Source: an uncultured delta proteobacterium
GTDB taxonomy: Bacteria; Myxococcota_A; Polyangia; Fen-1088
NCBI GenBank assembly: GCA_963767925.1
Contig: CAVYGB010000008.1
Span: 544,001-608,000, forward strand
Reading direction: 5' to 3'
DNA: 64,000 bases
The notes beneath the pieces were generated by a model, which was not told the origin of the DNA, searched no databases, and was given only the letters and a program-made list of their open reading frames with translations. Of the stretch, positions 37,998-47,054 are shown in pieces (position 1 is the first letter of the stretch; every line of letters begins with the position of its first letter). Both the position numbers and the translations under genes were made by a program.

Positions 37998-38959
37998 CGC
38001 AGCAGGTTCTCGACCTCGGCCCGCGACCCCAGGTAGAGGGGGGTGCGCTCGTGCAGGTCGTTCGGCACCCGATCCAGGATGCGGCCCGTGCCGTCGCTGG
38101 CCGCGCCCCCCGCCTGCTCGGCCAGGAAGGCCATCGGGTTGCACTCGTAGAGGAGGCGCAGCTTGCCCTTGGGCTGCTTCTCGGTGGGCGGGTAGAGGAA
38201 AATTCCGCCCTTGACCAGCGTGCGGTGGAAGTCGGCCACCAGCGACCCGATGTAGCGGCTGACGTAGGGCCCGGCCTCCCGGGTCTTGGTCCAGGCCAGG
38301 TACCTCCGGATCCCCTCGGGGAAGCTCTCCGCGTTGGCCTCGTTGCAGCTCAGGATGCGGCTGCCGGTGGTCGGCAGCGCCACGTGTTCGTTCGAGAGCA
38401 GGTAGGCCCCGATCTCGGGCTCCAGGGTGAACATGTGCACCCCCGCGCCGGTGGTGTAGGCCAGCACCGTGCTGCTGCTGTAAAGGACGTACCCCGCGGC
38501 CAGCATGCGGTTGCCCGGCTGCAGGACGTCGTCGAGCGGGGTGCCGCCGTCGCGCCGGGCGTAGATCGCGAAGATGGTCCCCACCGCCACGTTGCAGTCG
38601 AGGTTGCTCGATCCGTCGAGGGGGTCGAAAAGGACGACGTATTTCCCCTCGGCGACGTTTTTCGTGATGACGGGCTGCTGGTTCTCCTCCGAGACCATGA
38701 CGCTGACCTGGTCGCGGTAGCCCAGGCACTCCAGGATCACCTCATCGGCATAGCGGTCCATCTTGAGGATTGTCTCGCCCTGGAAGCTCTCGCCGCCGGC
38801 CGCCCCTCGCAGGTCCCCCAGGCCGATGCGGCGGACCTGGGCGGCGATGGCCTTGGTGGCCAGGGTGATGCCCGAGAGCAGCCAGCTGAACTCACCGGTC
38901 GCGGTGGCGTGCTGTCGCTGCTGCTCGGCGATGTGACGTTGCAGGGTCTTGACGTGCAT
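37988..38959 (-). CDS. fbp: Class 1 fructose-1,6-bisphosphatase
   Basis: VSEE, FDPLDGSSN, GTIF, RYIGSLVADFHR, GKLRLLYECNP; ATG at 38959. Confidence 0.95.
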   Translation of the reverse strand: MHVKTLQRHIAEQQRQHATATGEFSWLLSGITLATKAIAAQVRRIGLGDLRGAAGGESFQGETILKMDRYADEVILECLGYRDQVSVMVSEENQQPVITKNVAEGKYVVLFDPLDGSSNLDCNVAVGTIFAIYARRDGGTPLDDVLQPGNRMLAAGYVLYSSSTVLAYTTGAGVHMFTLEPEIGAYLLSNEHVALPTTGSRILSCNEANAESFPEGIRRYLAWTKTREAGPYVSRYIGSLVADFHRTLVKGGIFLYPPTEKQPKGKLRLLYECNPMAFLAEQAGGAASDGTGRILDRVPNDLHERTPLYLGSRAEVENLLRYL

Positions 38960-39136
38960 GCGCTCGGCGCCTCGCTCGCGTTTCGGGGGAAGGGCTCTCA
39001 CCTAGTTTCCCACGCGGGCGCGGCGTGGGCGAAGCGGTCGTTCCCCCCGGGCCGGGATTCCGGGGTGGGCGCCGGGCGCCGGGGTCAGGCGGCCACCCAC
39101 ACAACTCGCCCCCATCCCGGCCGAGAACCCCTCCCG

Positions 39137-41110
39137 ATGTCACGAGCCTGGATCCTTGTCGCCGGATGTCTGACCGCCGCCTGCGTCGGCGAGGACGTCG
39201 GCTTCTCCCAGGTCTTCCTGGCGCCCGCCCCCCATCCCGAGCGCCCGACCCCGGGCGCCACCCCCGACCGGGAGCGCCCCACCTGGACCATCCTGGTCTA
39301 CGGGCACGGGGACCACGACCTGTCGAACGCGCTGCTCTCCGATCTGGCGGAGATGGCCCGCGCCCACATCCCGCCCGAGGTCCAGCTGCTCGTCTTCGCC
39401 GACTGGGACGCCTCGCGGACCATCGCGGGCGGGTCCGATCCCTTTCCCGGCGGGGCGATCTGGTACCGGGTGCGCGGACAGGGGCAGGAGCTGGAACGGA
39501 TCGAGCACCGCGAAGAGCTCGACTTCGACGATCCGGCCGTGCTGGCGGCGGCGGTCGGCCAGGCCTTCACCGACTTCCCGGCCGACCGCCACGGGCTGGT
39601 CCTCTGGGATCACGGGGGGGCCTGGTCGGTCGGCTTCGGCGGCGACAGTCAGGACGGGACCCGCCGGCAGTCGCCCGGCCTCCCGGTCGACAAGGTCGCC
39701 ACCGCGGTGGCGGCGGGCCTGCGCCAGGCCGGCCTGACCGGCACCCGCCCGCTGGACTTCTTCTCCTTCGACGCCTGCCTGATGGGCGGCGCCGAGACCA
39801 TCACCGCCTTCCAGCACCTGGCCGAGGTCTTCCTGGCCGACGCCGAGCTGGACTACGGCGACGGCTGGGACTACACCGCCACCCTCGACTGGATCGGGGA
39901 GAACCTGGCCGCCGGCGCCCGAGAGCTGGCCGCCTTCGAGGTCTCTGCCTGGGACGCCCACCACCGGACGGCCAGCCTCAACGACGCCTTGCTCCGCTCG
40001 CACGTCGCCATCGACAACGCCCGCTGGCCAGCCTTCGTCGCCGCCACCCGCGACCTGGTGGGGGCCGCCGGCCGCCCGCTGGCGCCCGAGACCGTGGCCT
40101 CGGCCCTCCAGCACAGCCTCCCCGCTTACCGCTCACAGGTTACCAGCCCGGGCGGATCGCACCTGCGCGACCTCGGCGACCTGCTCGACAGCGTGGCCGC
40201 TGCGAGCGACCGGGACCTCGCCGCTGCCGCCGCTGCCGCCGCCAGCGCGGGCCGGGCGGCGCGCATCGCGGTCAGTGGTGGCAGCCTGCGCGAGGGCCAG
40301 CTCGGCGTGCACGTCTTCGCCGGTCCGCCCCTCGCGCTGCCCGCCGCCGACGTCGAGCGCTACCCCCGGCTGGCCCGCCCCTGGGCCGCCGGCAGCGGCT
40401 GGGGCGAGCTGCTGCAGCAGCTCCGGACGCTGGCGGACGGCGAGGGGCCCGGCATCGTGGGGATCCGCGGATCCGCCACGGCGACCTTCGATCTGATCGG
40501 TGGCGACGTCGCCCGCGTCGAGGTGATCCTGCTGCAACAACAACCCGGTCCGGCGCTGCGGCCGGCCATCGCTCGGGGCACGCTGGCCAGCGCCTTCGTC
40601 CGGGCCGGTCGCTACGACTTCTCCTGGGGCGGGCGGGTCTGGCAGCTCGCCAGCGACACGGTGACCGCCGACGTCACGCTCGAGCCGTGGATCTGGCAGG
40701 TCCGGGACGGCACGCTCGAGGCGCCCGTCCTCGCCGTCCGGGGGATCGTGCGGGCCTCCTCGGGCGAGGCGCTCGACAGCGCCCTGCTCGTCGACGCCGG
40801 GACCCTCGAGGCCACCGCCTTCCTGGTGGCCAGCCCGGCCAGCCCCGATCGACCGGCCGTGCACGACCTGTCCACCCTGCGGGAGGCCGACCCGGGCGCC
40901 GCCTTCCTGCCCGTCCTGGGCACGGTGGACCTTCGCTCTGGCGCCGCGTCGGCCTTGCCCCCGGGCGCAGCCGTCCCGCTGGGCGGCGGCTCCGGCAAGC
41001 TCGCGCTGCGCCAGTCGGACCCCGATCCCGGCGAATACCTTCTCCTTGTGCGGTCCGCCGACGTCTGGGGCAACGAGACCCGCACCCTCTTCCCGCTGGC
41101 CGTCCCCTGA
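39137..41110 (+). CDS. Clostripain-related (peptidase C11) lipoprotein with uncharacterised C-terminal domain
   Basis: Lipobox-like LTAAC; WTILVY, FPADRHGLVLWDHGG (catalytic His), FDACLM (catalytic Cys), GWDY. Confidence 0.8.
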   Translation: MSRAWILVAGCLTAACVGEDVGFSQVFLAPAPHPERPTPGATPDRERPTWTILVYGHGDHDLSNALLSDLAEMARAHIPPEVQLLVFADWDASRTIAGGSDPFPGGAIWYRVRGQGQELERIEHREELDFDDPAVLAAAVGQAFTDFPADRHGLVLWDHGGAWSVGFGGDSQDGTRRQSPGLPVDKVATAVAAGLRQAGLTGTRPLDFFSFDACLMGGAETITAFQHLAEVFLADAELDYGDGWDYTATLDWIGENLAAGARELAAFEVSAWDAHHRTASLNDALLRSHVAIDNARWPAFVAATRDLVGAAGRPLAPETVASALQHSLPAYRSQVTSPGGSHLRDLGDLLDSVAAASDRDLAAAAAAAASAGRAARIAVSGGSLREGQLGVHVFAGPPLALPAADVERYPRLARPWAAGSGWGELLQQLRTLADGEGPGIVGIRGSATATFDLIGGDVARVEVILLQQQPGPALRPAIARGTLASAFVRAGRYDFSWGGRVWQLASDTVTADVTLEPWIWQVRDGTLEAPVLAVRGIVRASSGEALDSALLVDAGTLEATAFLVASPASPDRPAVHDLSTLREADPGAAFLPVLGTVDLRSGAASALPPGAAVPLGGGSGKLALRQSDPDPGEYLLLVRSADVWGNETRTLFPLAVP

Positions 41111-41183
41111 CCGCCCGGGCCGGGGACCGGTCGAGAAGCCCGACCACCTCCCCGAGGGTCTGGTACGTTACCGGGTCCATCGG

Positions 41184-42809
41184 ATGGATCAGTCGCTGTC
41201 ACGCATGCGCGCCGAGATCGCCTCCCGGCGAACCTTCGCGATCATCTCCCACCCGGACGCGGGCAAGACCACCCTCACCGAGAAGCTCCTGCTCTACGGC
41301 GGCGCCCTGCACCTCGCCGGCTCGGTCAAGCGCAAGGGGGGCGGCCGGGCCGTCACCAGCGACTGGATGGACATCGAGCGCCAGCGCGGGATCTCCGTGT
41401 CGAGCAGCGTCCTGCAGTTCGACTACGCCGACCGGAGGCTCAACCTGCTCGACACCCCCGGCCACAACGACTTCTCCGAGGACACCTACCGCACGCTGGC
41501 CGCCGCCGACACCGCGATCATGCTCATCGACTGCGTCAAGGGGGTGGAGCCGCAGACCATCAAGCTGTTCCAGGTCTGCCGGATGCGGGGCATCCCCATC
41601 GTCACGTTCATCAACAAGATGGACCGGGTCGGCAAGGACCCCTTCGACCTGATGGACGAGATCGAGCAGGTCCTGGGCATGCCCTGCAGCCCGGTGAACT
41701 GGCCGCTCGGCTCGGGGACCTCCTTCACCGGGGTCTTCGACCGCTGGTCCAACCGGATGGTGGCCTTCGAACGGGTCGACGGCGGCGGCGCCCACCGGGT
41801 CCCCCAGCGCGAGACGAGCTGGGACGAGCCCCAGCTGGTGGCCACGGTGGGGCAGGGGGAGCTGGCCCGGATCCGCGACGAGGTGGCCCTGCTCGAGACC
41901 GCCGGCAACCCCTTCGACGCGGAGTTCTTCCAGGCCGGCCAGGTCACGCCCGTGTTCTTCGGCAGCGCCATGAACAACTTCGGGCTCGAGCCCTTCCTCG
42001 ATCGTTTCGTCGAGCTGGCCACGCCACCCCGCACGCGCCCCACCTCGCTGGGCCCGCGCCCGCCCGACGACCCGGCGTTTTCGGGCTTCGTCTTCAAGAT
42101 CCAGGCGAACATGGATCCCCAGCATCGCGACCGGATCGCCTTCGTGCGCATCTGCTCGGGGCGCTTCAACCGGGGCATGGAGGTGCTGCACGTCCGCACC
42201 GGCAAGACCCTGGCGCTGACCCGGCCGGTGCAGTTCATGGCCCAGGAGCGCACCATCGTCGACGAGGCCTTCTCCGGGGACATCATCGGCATCTGGGACC
42301 CCGGCATCTTGCGCATCGGCGACAGCCTGTGCGAGGGACCGCCGGTGGAGTTCGAGGGCATCCCCCGCTTCTCGCCCGAGCACTTCGTGCGCGTGCGGCT
42401 CGACGATCCCCTGCGGCGCAAGCAGCTCAAGAAGGGGCTCGAGCAGCTCTCGGAGGAGGGGGCGGTCCAGCTCTTCTTCGACCGGCTGCGCATCGAGCGG
42501 GACCCCATCCTGGGGGCCGTCGGCCAGCTCCAGTTCGAGATCATCGAGCACCGGCTGGCCGGCGAGTACCGGGTCAAGGCCGGGTTCGAACGCCTGCCCT
42601 ACCGGCACGCCCGCTGGATCGAGGGGGACGAGCTGCAGCTCGAACGTTTCGAGCTGCCCGGGCGGCAGACCTGCGTCTTCGACGTCGAGGGCCGGCCCTG
42701 CGTCCTGTTCGAGAGCGACTGGCTCCTGCGGCGGGCGCAGGAGGAAAACCCCAAGATCCGGTTCGTGGCCGCGGTCCAGCCCGGCCGGAGCAGCCGGTCC
42801 GCGGCCTGA
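41184..42809 (+). CDS. prfC: Peptide chain release factor 3
   Basis: RRTFAIISHPDAGKTTLTEKLL, SDWM.IERQRGIS, DTPGH.DFSEDTYR, FKIQANMDP.HRDRIAF, GAVGQLQFE. Confidence 0.97.
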   Translation: MDQSLSRMRAEIASRRTFAIISHPDAGKTTLTEKLLLYGGALHLAGSVKRKGGGRAVTSDWMDIERQRGISVSSSVLQFDYADRRLNLLDTPGHNDFSEDTYRTLAAADTAIMLIDCVKGVEPQTIKLFQVCRMRGIPIVTFINKMDRVGKDPFDLMDEIEQVLGMPCSPVNWPLGSGTSFTGVFDRWSNRMVAFERVDGGGAHRVPQRETSWDEPQLVATVGQGELARIRDEVALLETAGNPFDAEFFQAGQVTPVFFGSAMNNFGLEPFLDRFVELATPPRTRPTSLGPRPPDDPAFSGFVFKIQANMDPQHRDRIAFVRICSGRFNRGMEVLHVRTGKTLALTRPVQFMAQERTIVDEAFSGDIIGIWDPGILRIGDSLCEGPPVEFEGIPRFSPEHFVRVRLDDPLRRKQLKKGLEQLSEEGAVQLFFDRLRIERDPILGAVGQLQFEIIEHRLAGEYRVKAGFERLPYRHARWIEGDELQLERFELPGRQTCVFDVEGRPCVLFESDWLLRRAQEENPKIRFVAAVQPGRSSRSAA

Positions 42810-42818
42810 CCCGAAGAC

Positions 42819-42933
42819 CTAGGGACTGTTTTCGAAGTCGGGCCCGACTGGGTCTGTTTCAGTAGTCGGGTCCCCGACTGGGCTATTTTCGAACTGGTCG
42901 GGTTCCCTCGCTTCGCTCGGGCCCGACTAGTTC
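42819..42933. repeat. Cluster of REP-like palindromes (AGTCGGG..CCCGACT) between convergent genes
   Basis: agtcgggcccgact (42836-42849), agtcgggtccccgact (42864-42879), and gaactggtcggg...cccgactagttc (42891-42933) with a cgcttcgc loop; direct-repeat spacers. Confidence 0.65.
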
Positions 42934-43346
42934 CAGCGCTGGGCCCGGGTCTCCTGGGCGATCTCGGCGCTGGCCGGCAGGTAGGCCTCCAGCAGCTCCG
43001 CCAGCTCCCGGGTATGCCCGGCCTGGATGACGAAGGCGTCGCAGCCCGCCTCGAACGCCGAGCGCTCCTGCTCGGTGCGGGCGATGGGGGCCGAGGCGAC
43101 GATGACGATGTGGCGATGAAAGCGGCTCTGGCGGATGTCCCGAACCAGCGACAACACGTCGGGGCTGCCCTCGCTGACGTCGATCACGACCGCCTCGGGC
43201 CAGTGTTCGTCGATCAGCCGGCGCGCTTCTCCGGGACTCTCGGCGGCGTGAACCCCGTAACCCTCGAGGTTCAGAGAGAGCTGCAGGGCCCGCCGCGAGG
43301 CGCCACCCGGTCCGATCACGACGACGGTTCTTTTACAGAATTCCAT
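42927..43346 (-). CDS. Single-domain, atypical response-regulator receiver
   Basis: REC fold (LNLEGYGV, PEAVVID, AFEAGCDAF); lacks the acidic pair after beta1 and the conserved Lys-Pro. Confidence 0.75.
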   Translation of the reverse strand: MEFCKRTVVVIGPGGASRRALQLSLNLEGYGVHAAESPGEARRLIDEHWPEAVVIDVSEGSPDVLSLVRDIRQSRFHRHIVIVASAPIARTEQERSAFEAGCDAFVIQAGHTRELAELLEAYLPASAEIAQETRAQRWN

Positions 43347-43372
43347 TCAGTCCTTCCCTTGCCCCGAACTAC

Positions 43373-43388
43373 AGCGAAAACCGTGCCG
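43373..43388 (-). promoter_or_regulatory. Putative sigma54 promoter of the receiver gene
   Basis: Minus strand CGGCACGGTTTTCGCT (GG-N10-GC) about 27 nt upstream of the ATG. Confidence 0.6.
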
Positions 43389-43587
43389 ATCTCCGGCGCC
43401 TCGCCGCCGCCAGGTAGGGCCGGAAATTCGCGGGCTGCCGCCTGTGGGTGAACCGCGGCTGTGGTGTTGCGACCCGTCCGTCGCGGATCCGGCTGGCTAG
43501 GGACTCGTCAGTACGGGATTCGCCCCCCATCGGTCCAGCCGCTCCGATCGGCGGGGATGTGGGGCACCCGCGCCAGCGACAGACCGG

Positions 43588-45861
43588 TCAAGACCCGGAG
43601 ATGGATCGGATCGTCGCGGCTGAGTCGGAGGCGTCCCGCAGCTCGGGCAACTCGCCGAGCGCCTCGCGCACGCGAGCCGCCAGCTCGAGCGGGGTGAAGG
43701 GCTTCTGCAGAAAGGGGACCTGGCCCACCGCCACCCCGTGGTGGACCGCCGTGCCGTCGGTATATCCCGACATGTAGAGCGCCCGCATGCGCGGCCGCAG
43801 CGGGAGCACCGCCTGCACCAGCTCACCTCCGCCCATCTTCGGCATCACCACATCGGTCACCATGAGGTGGATGACCCCCGGATGCATGCTGCAGATCTGC
43901 AGGGCCTGCCGGGCGTCGGAGGCCCGCAGCACCTGGTAGCCCTGCTCGCGCAACATCCGACAGGTGAGGTCCAGGAGCTGGGGCTCGTCCTCGACGACAA
44001 GCACCGTCTCGTTGCCCCGCTGGATGTCGCGGAGCTGCGAGGCCTCGTCGGTTGTCGCCCGGCTCTCCACCGAGGCCTCGGGCAGGAAGATGCTGAAGGT
44101 GGCGCCCCGGCTGGGCTCGCTGACCACCCCCACGTCGCCCCCTGCCTGCCGGACGATCCCGTAGACCATCGCCAGCCCCAGGCCGGTGCCACCCATGCGC
44201 CCCTTGGTGGTGAAAAACGGCTCGAAGATGCGGGCCCGGACCGCCTCCTCCATGCCCACCCCGGTGTCGGTCACCTTGAGCAGAGCGTACCGGCCGGGCA
44301 TCAGCTCGGGGTCGCCCGCCCGGCGCGTCCGCAACATGACGCTGCTCGTGCTCAAGGTCAGGGTGCCGCCGTTGGGCATCGCCTCGCGGGCGTTGACCGC
44401 CAGGTTCAGGATCACCTGCTGGAGCTGACTGGGATCGAAGTGGACCGGCGGGACGTCGCTGGCCAGGTCGGCCACCAGGATGACGTCCTCCCCGATGATC
44501 CGCTCGAGCATTCGCTGCATGTCCCCCACCAGGTCGTTGAGGAACACGTGGCGGAAGGCGACAACCTGCCGGCGGCTGAAGGCCAGGAGCTGCTGGGTCA
44601 ACATGGCCGCCCGCTCGGCCGCCTTGAGGATCTCGGTCAGCTCGGGCATCGCCTTGCCGCCGGGGTCGACCCGTCCGGCCAGCAAGGACCCGTACCCCAT
44701 GATGGCGGTGAGGATGTTGTTGAAGTCGTGGGCCACGCCGCCAGCCAGGCGGCCGAGCGCTTCCATCTTCTGGGCCTGCCGCAGGTCGAGCTCGAGGGTG
44801 TGGCGCTCGGTCACGTCGCGGGGGACGAACAGGACCACCCGCTCGCCCCCCCGGGCGTCGTGGTGCTCGGCGATGGGCACCAGGACGGCGTCGAACCAGC
44901 GCTTGCCGTTGGCCAGGTCCAGCTCGTAGGCCAGTCGCTGGGGCGTGCCGGTGGCGAGCGCGGTCGTGATGGCGTGCGCGAAGTTGGCCTCCGGACCGAT
45001 GCCGATCAGGCCGGTGATGGGCCGCCCGCGCAGCTCCGCCGCCGGCAAGGTGAGGGCCTCCGGGCGCCCGGCCAGCACCTCGGCGATGTTCCCGTTGGCC
45101 TCCAGGACGAACACGGGATCGGGCAGGGCGGCGATCAGGGCGCGCAGGCGGGCCCCGCTGCGGTCGCGCTCCTGCTCGCCCGCGGCGAGCTGGTCGAGCA
45201 TCCGGTAAAAGCCACGGTACAGGACCCCGATCTCGTCCCGGCTGACGTGGCTGACCCGGGGGGAGATCATGGTGGGGTCGTTGATCCGACCCATGGTCTC
45301 GGCCAGCCGCAGGATCGGGCGGGTGAGGCTGCGCTGGAGCAGCCAGGCCAGCACCGCCGCCACGAGGATCGCGGTCAACCCGGCCAGGACGACGGTGGTC
45401 GTGGCCTCCGAGACCCGGGCCCGTAGCCCGCCGCTGGCCGCCGCCAGGTAAAGGGTCCCCTGCTGCACCCCCCGGTGGGAGACCGGCTCGAACACGTGCA
45501 GGTAGCCATCGCGGTGCTCGCGGGCTGCGACGTTGCGGATGGGCACCGCGCTCGGCTCGGACCCGGGGCGCGTGTAGGCCGCCATCGGGGCGCCGTCGCT
45601 GTCGAACAGGATCGCCCGGGCGACCTCGGTGCTCTTTTCCAGCTTCGACAGGATCTCGGTCGCGCCCGCGTTGTCCCCGAACACGAGGGCCGCCACGCAG
45701 TGTTCGGCCACCGTCCGGGCCAGCACGACCGACCCCTCCTCGAACCCCCGGTAGAACTCCCGGTGCTGCTGCCGCAGCAGCACGGCCCCGCTGCTCACGA
45801 CCGCCACGCTGATCACGCCGATCGTGATGGTGAGCAGCTTGGCCGAGATGGATCGCAGCAT
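43588..45861 (-). CDS. Hybrid sensor histidine kinase (periplasmic sensor-HAMP-PAS-HisKA-HATPase-REC)
   Basis: Two TMs around a YfiN-like sensor, DEIGVL (HAMP), PAS, AGGVAHDFNN, NLAVNAREAM, FEPFFTTK.GTGLGL, REC (VEDE, TDVVMP, KPF). Confidence 0.92.
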   Translation of the reverse strand: MLRSISAKLLTITIGVISVAVVSSGAVLLRQQHREFYRGFEEGSVVLARTVAEHCVAALVFGDNAGATEILSKLEKSTEVARAILFDSDGAPMAAYTRPGSEPSAVPIRNVAAREHRDGYLHVFEPVSHRGVQQGTLYLAAASGGLRARVSEATTTVVLAGLTAILVAAVLAWLLQRSLTRPILRLAETMGRINDPTMISPRVSHVSRDEIGVLYRGFYRMLDQLAAGEQERDRSGARLRALIAALPDPVFVLEANGNIAEVLAGRPEALTLPAAELRGRPITGLIGIGPEANFAHAITTALATGTPQRLAYELDLANGKRWFDAVLVPIAEHHDARGGERVVLFVPRDVTERHTLELDLRQAQKMEALGRLAGGVAHDFNNILTAIMGYGSLLAGRVDPGGKAMPELTEILKAAERAAMLTQQLLAFSRRQVVAFRHVFLNDLVGDMQRMLERIIGEDVILVADLASDVPPVHFDPSQLQQVILNLAVNAREAMPNGGTLTLSTSSVMLRTRRAGDPELMPGRYALLKVTDTGVGMEEAVRARIFEPFFTTKGRMGGTGLGLAMVYGIVRQAGGDVGVVSEPSRGATFSIFLPEASVESRATTDEASQLRDIQRGNETVLVVEDEPQLLDLTCRMLREQGYQVLRASDARQALQICSMHPGVIHLMVTDVVMPKMGGGELVQAVLPLRPRMRALYMSGYTDGTAVHHGVAVGQVPFLQKPFTPLELAARVREALGELPELRDASDSAATIRSISGS

Positions 45862-46451
45862 CAGGGCGCCCTCGCCTGCTGATCGTCGATCAGACGGGCC
45901 AGGGCCATCAAACGGTAGCTGGGCGACAGATGGTGCCGCTCGAAGGCCCGCCGGGAGGCCTCGAACCGCACGACCTCCCCCGAGACGTACAGGTTCACTG
46001 CCAGCCCGCGGTGGGCGTATCCCTCGGTGTCACCGACGGTGAGCACGGGCGCCTGGCCCAGCACCTCCATCAGATCCTCCAGCCGCTCCTCGAAGGCCGG
46101 CCCCACGAACAGCAGGTGGGGCCGGCCCACCGACGCCAGGTCGCGCGCGCGCCGGAGGAACACCCGGTGCTCGGCGATGCCCACCCCCCGCTCCCAGTAG
46201 TAGCTGAACAGGTGTTGCCACAGGGTGGTGTCGCCCAGCACGACGAACTCGAAGGGGCGCTGGGGGTCGTGCAGCCCGGCCTCGGCCGGCCAGCGCACGA
46301 ACTCCGCGATCCTGCCGATGATGGCCGTCTTCAGCTCGAGGACGTCGAACCTCGGCTTCGCCCTGGCGGGCCGGGCCCGCAAGGCGGTGAGGCCGAGCGT
46401 GGCGAGAGACGTCAGCACGAGCCTCCGGTTAGGCTGCCCCGGATGCTGCAT
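45861..46451 (-). CDS. YfiR/HmsC-family (DUF4154) periplasmic protein
   Basis: LKTAIIGRIAEFVRWP, VLTVGDTEGYA..G..VNL, VRFE, LMALAR; RR-type signal; coupled to the kinase gene. Confidence 0.8.
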   Translation of the reverse strand: MQHPGQPNRRLVLTSLATLGLTALRARPARAKPRFDVLELKTAIIGRIAEFVRWPAEAGLHDPQRPFEFVVLGDTTLWQHLFSYYWERGVGIAEHRVFLRRARDLASVGRPHLLFVGPAFEERLEDLMEVLGQAPVLTVGDTEGYAHRGLAVNLYVSGEVVRFEASRRAFERHHLSPSYRLMALARLIDDQQARAP

Positions 46452-46953
46452 CGGGACCCAGATTAACCTACGCCGGTGCCCACCACCTAGTGGCGAGTGA
46501 AGGCCGCAAGCTGGCCCACGGGTTTTTGGACCGCAGCCATGCTGGTCAACGCGAGAGGTCACGGGCGAGCGGGGACATCAGGCCCCGGGGCAGGCGCTGC
46601 GAAATGTCCGCGGTTCCGGACATCGGTGACGCGGGTGTCTGCTTGTGGCAACACCTTGGAGCCCATCGGAGAACTCGGGCCGCCTCTCCTGCGGGTCTTT
46701 TCGCCTCCCGATCTGGCACCGGGAATGCTCGAGATGCGCGGGTCATGTCTCACGCAATCGCCGAAGACGTCCTGCTGGCAGCCGAGGACCACGTCCTCTG
46801 GCTGGCCGTCTTTTTGGTTGTCATAGGAACGCTCTAGCTTCGTTCCTGAAGGCGACCTTGGTCGCCGGCACAACCTCGCTGCTTTTCGCCCTCTGGGTTC
46901 GCCCCTCTGGCCGGTGTCCCCACCGCCACCGTCGGGGACTGCCCAGGTTTTGC

Positions 46954-46986
46954 TGGACAGAACCTGCGCAGCGGCGGTTAGCTACC
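46954..46986 (+). promoter_or_regulatory. Shared upstream motif TGGACAG-N15-GGTTAGCTACC, copy 1
   Basis: The identical bipartite motif with the same spacer length occurs at 50071-50103; both lie about 65-70 nt before paralogous starts. Confidence 0.55.
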
Positions 46987-47054
46987 CCGAGGTGGGGTCT
47001 CGTCAGGCCGACGCTCCTGGGCCATGAGGTCCCCCCCCGGAGTGAGAGGCCTTG

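Noticed and set aside
38051..39136. Long N-terminal extension of the clostripain ORF (1019 aa)
   Set aside because: Antisense to fbp; the signal peptide and lipobox begin at ATG 39137.
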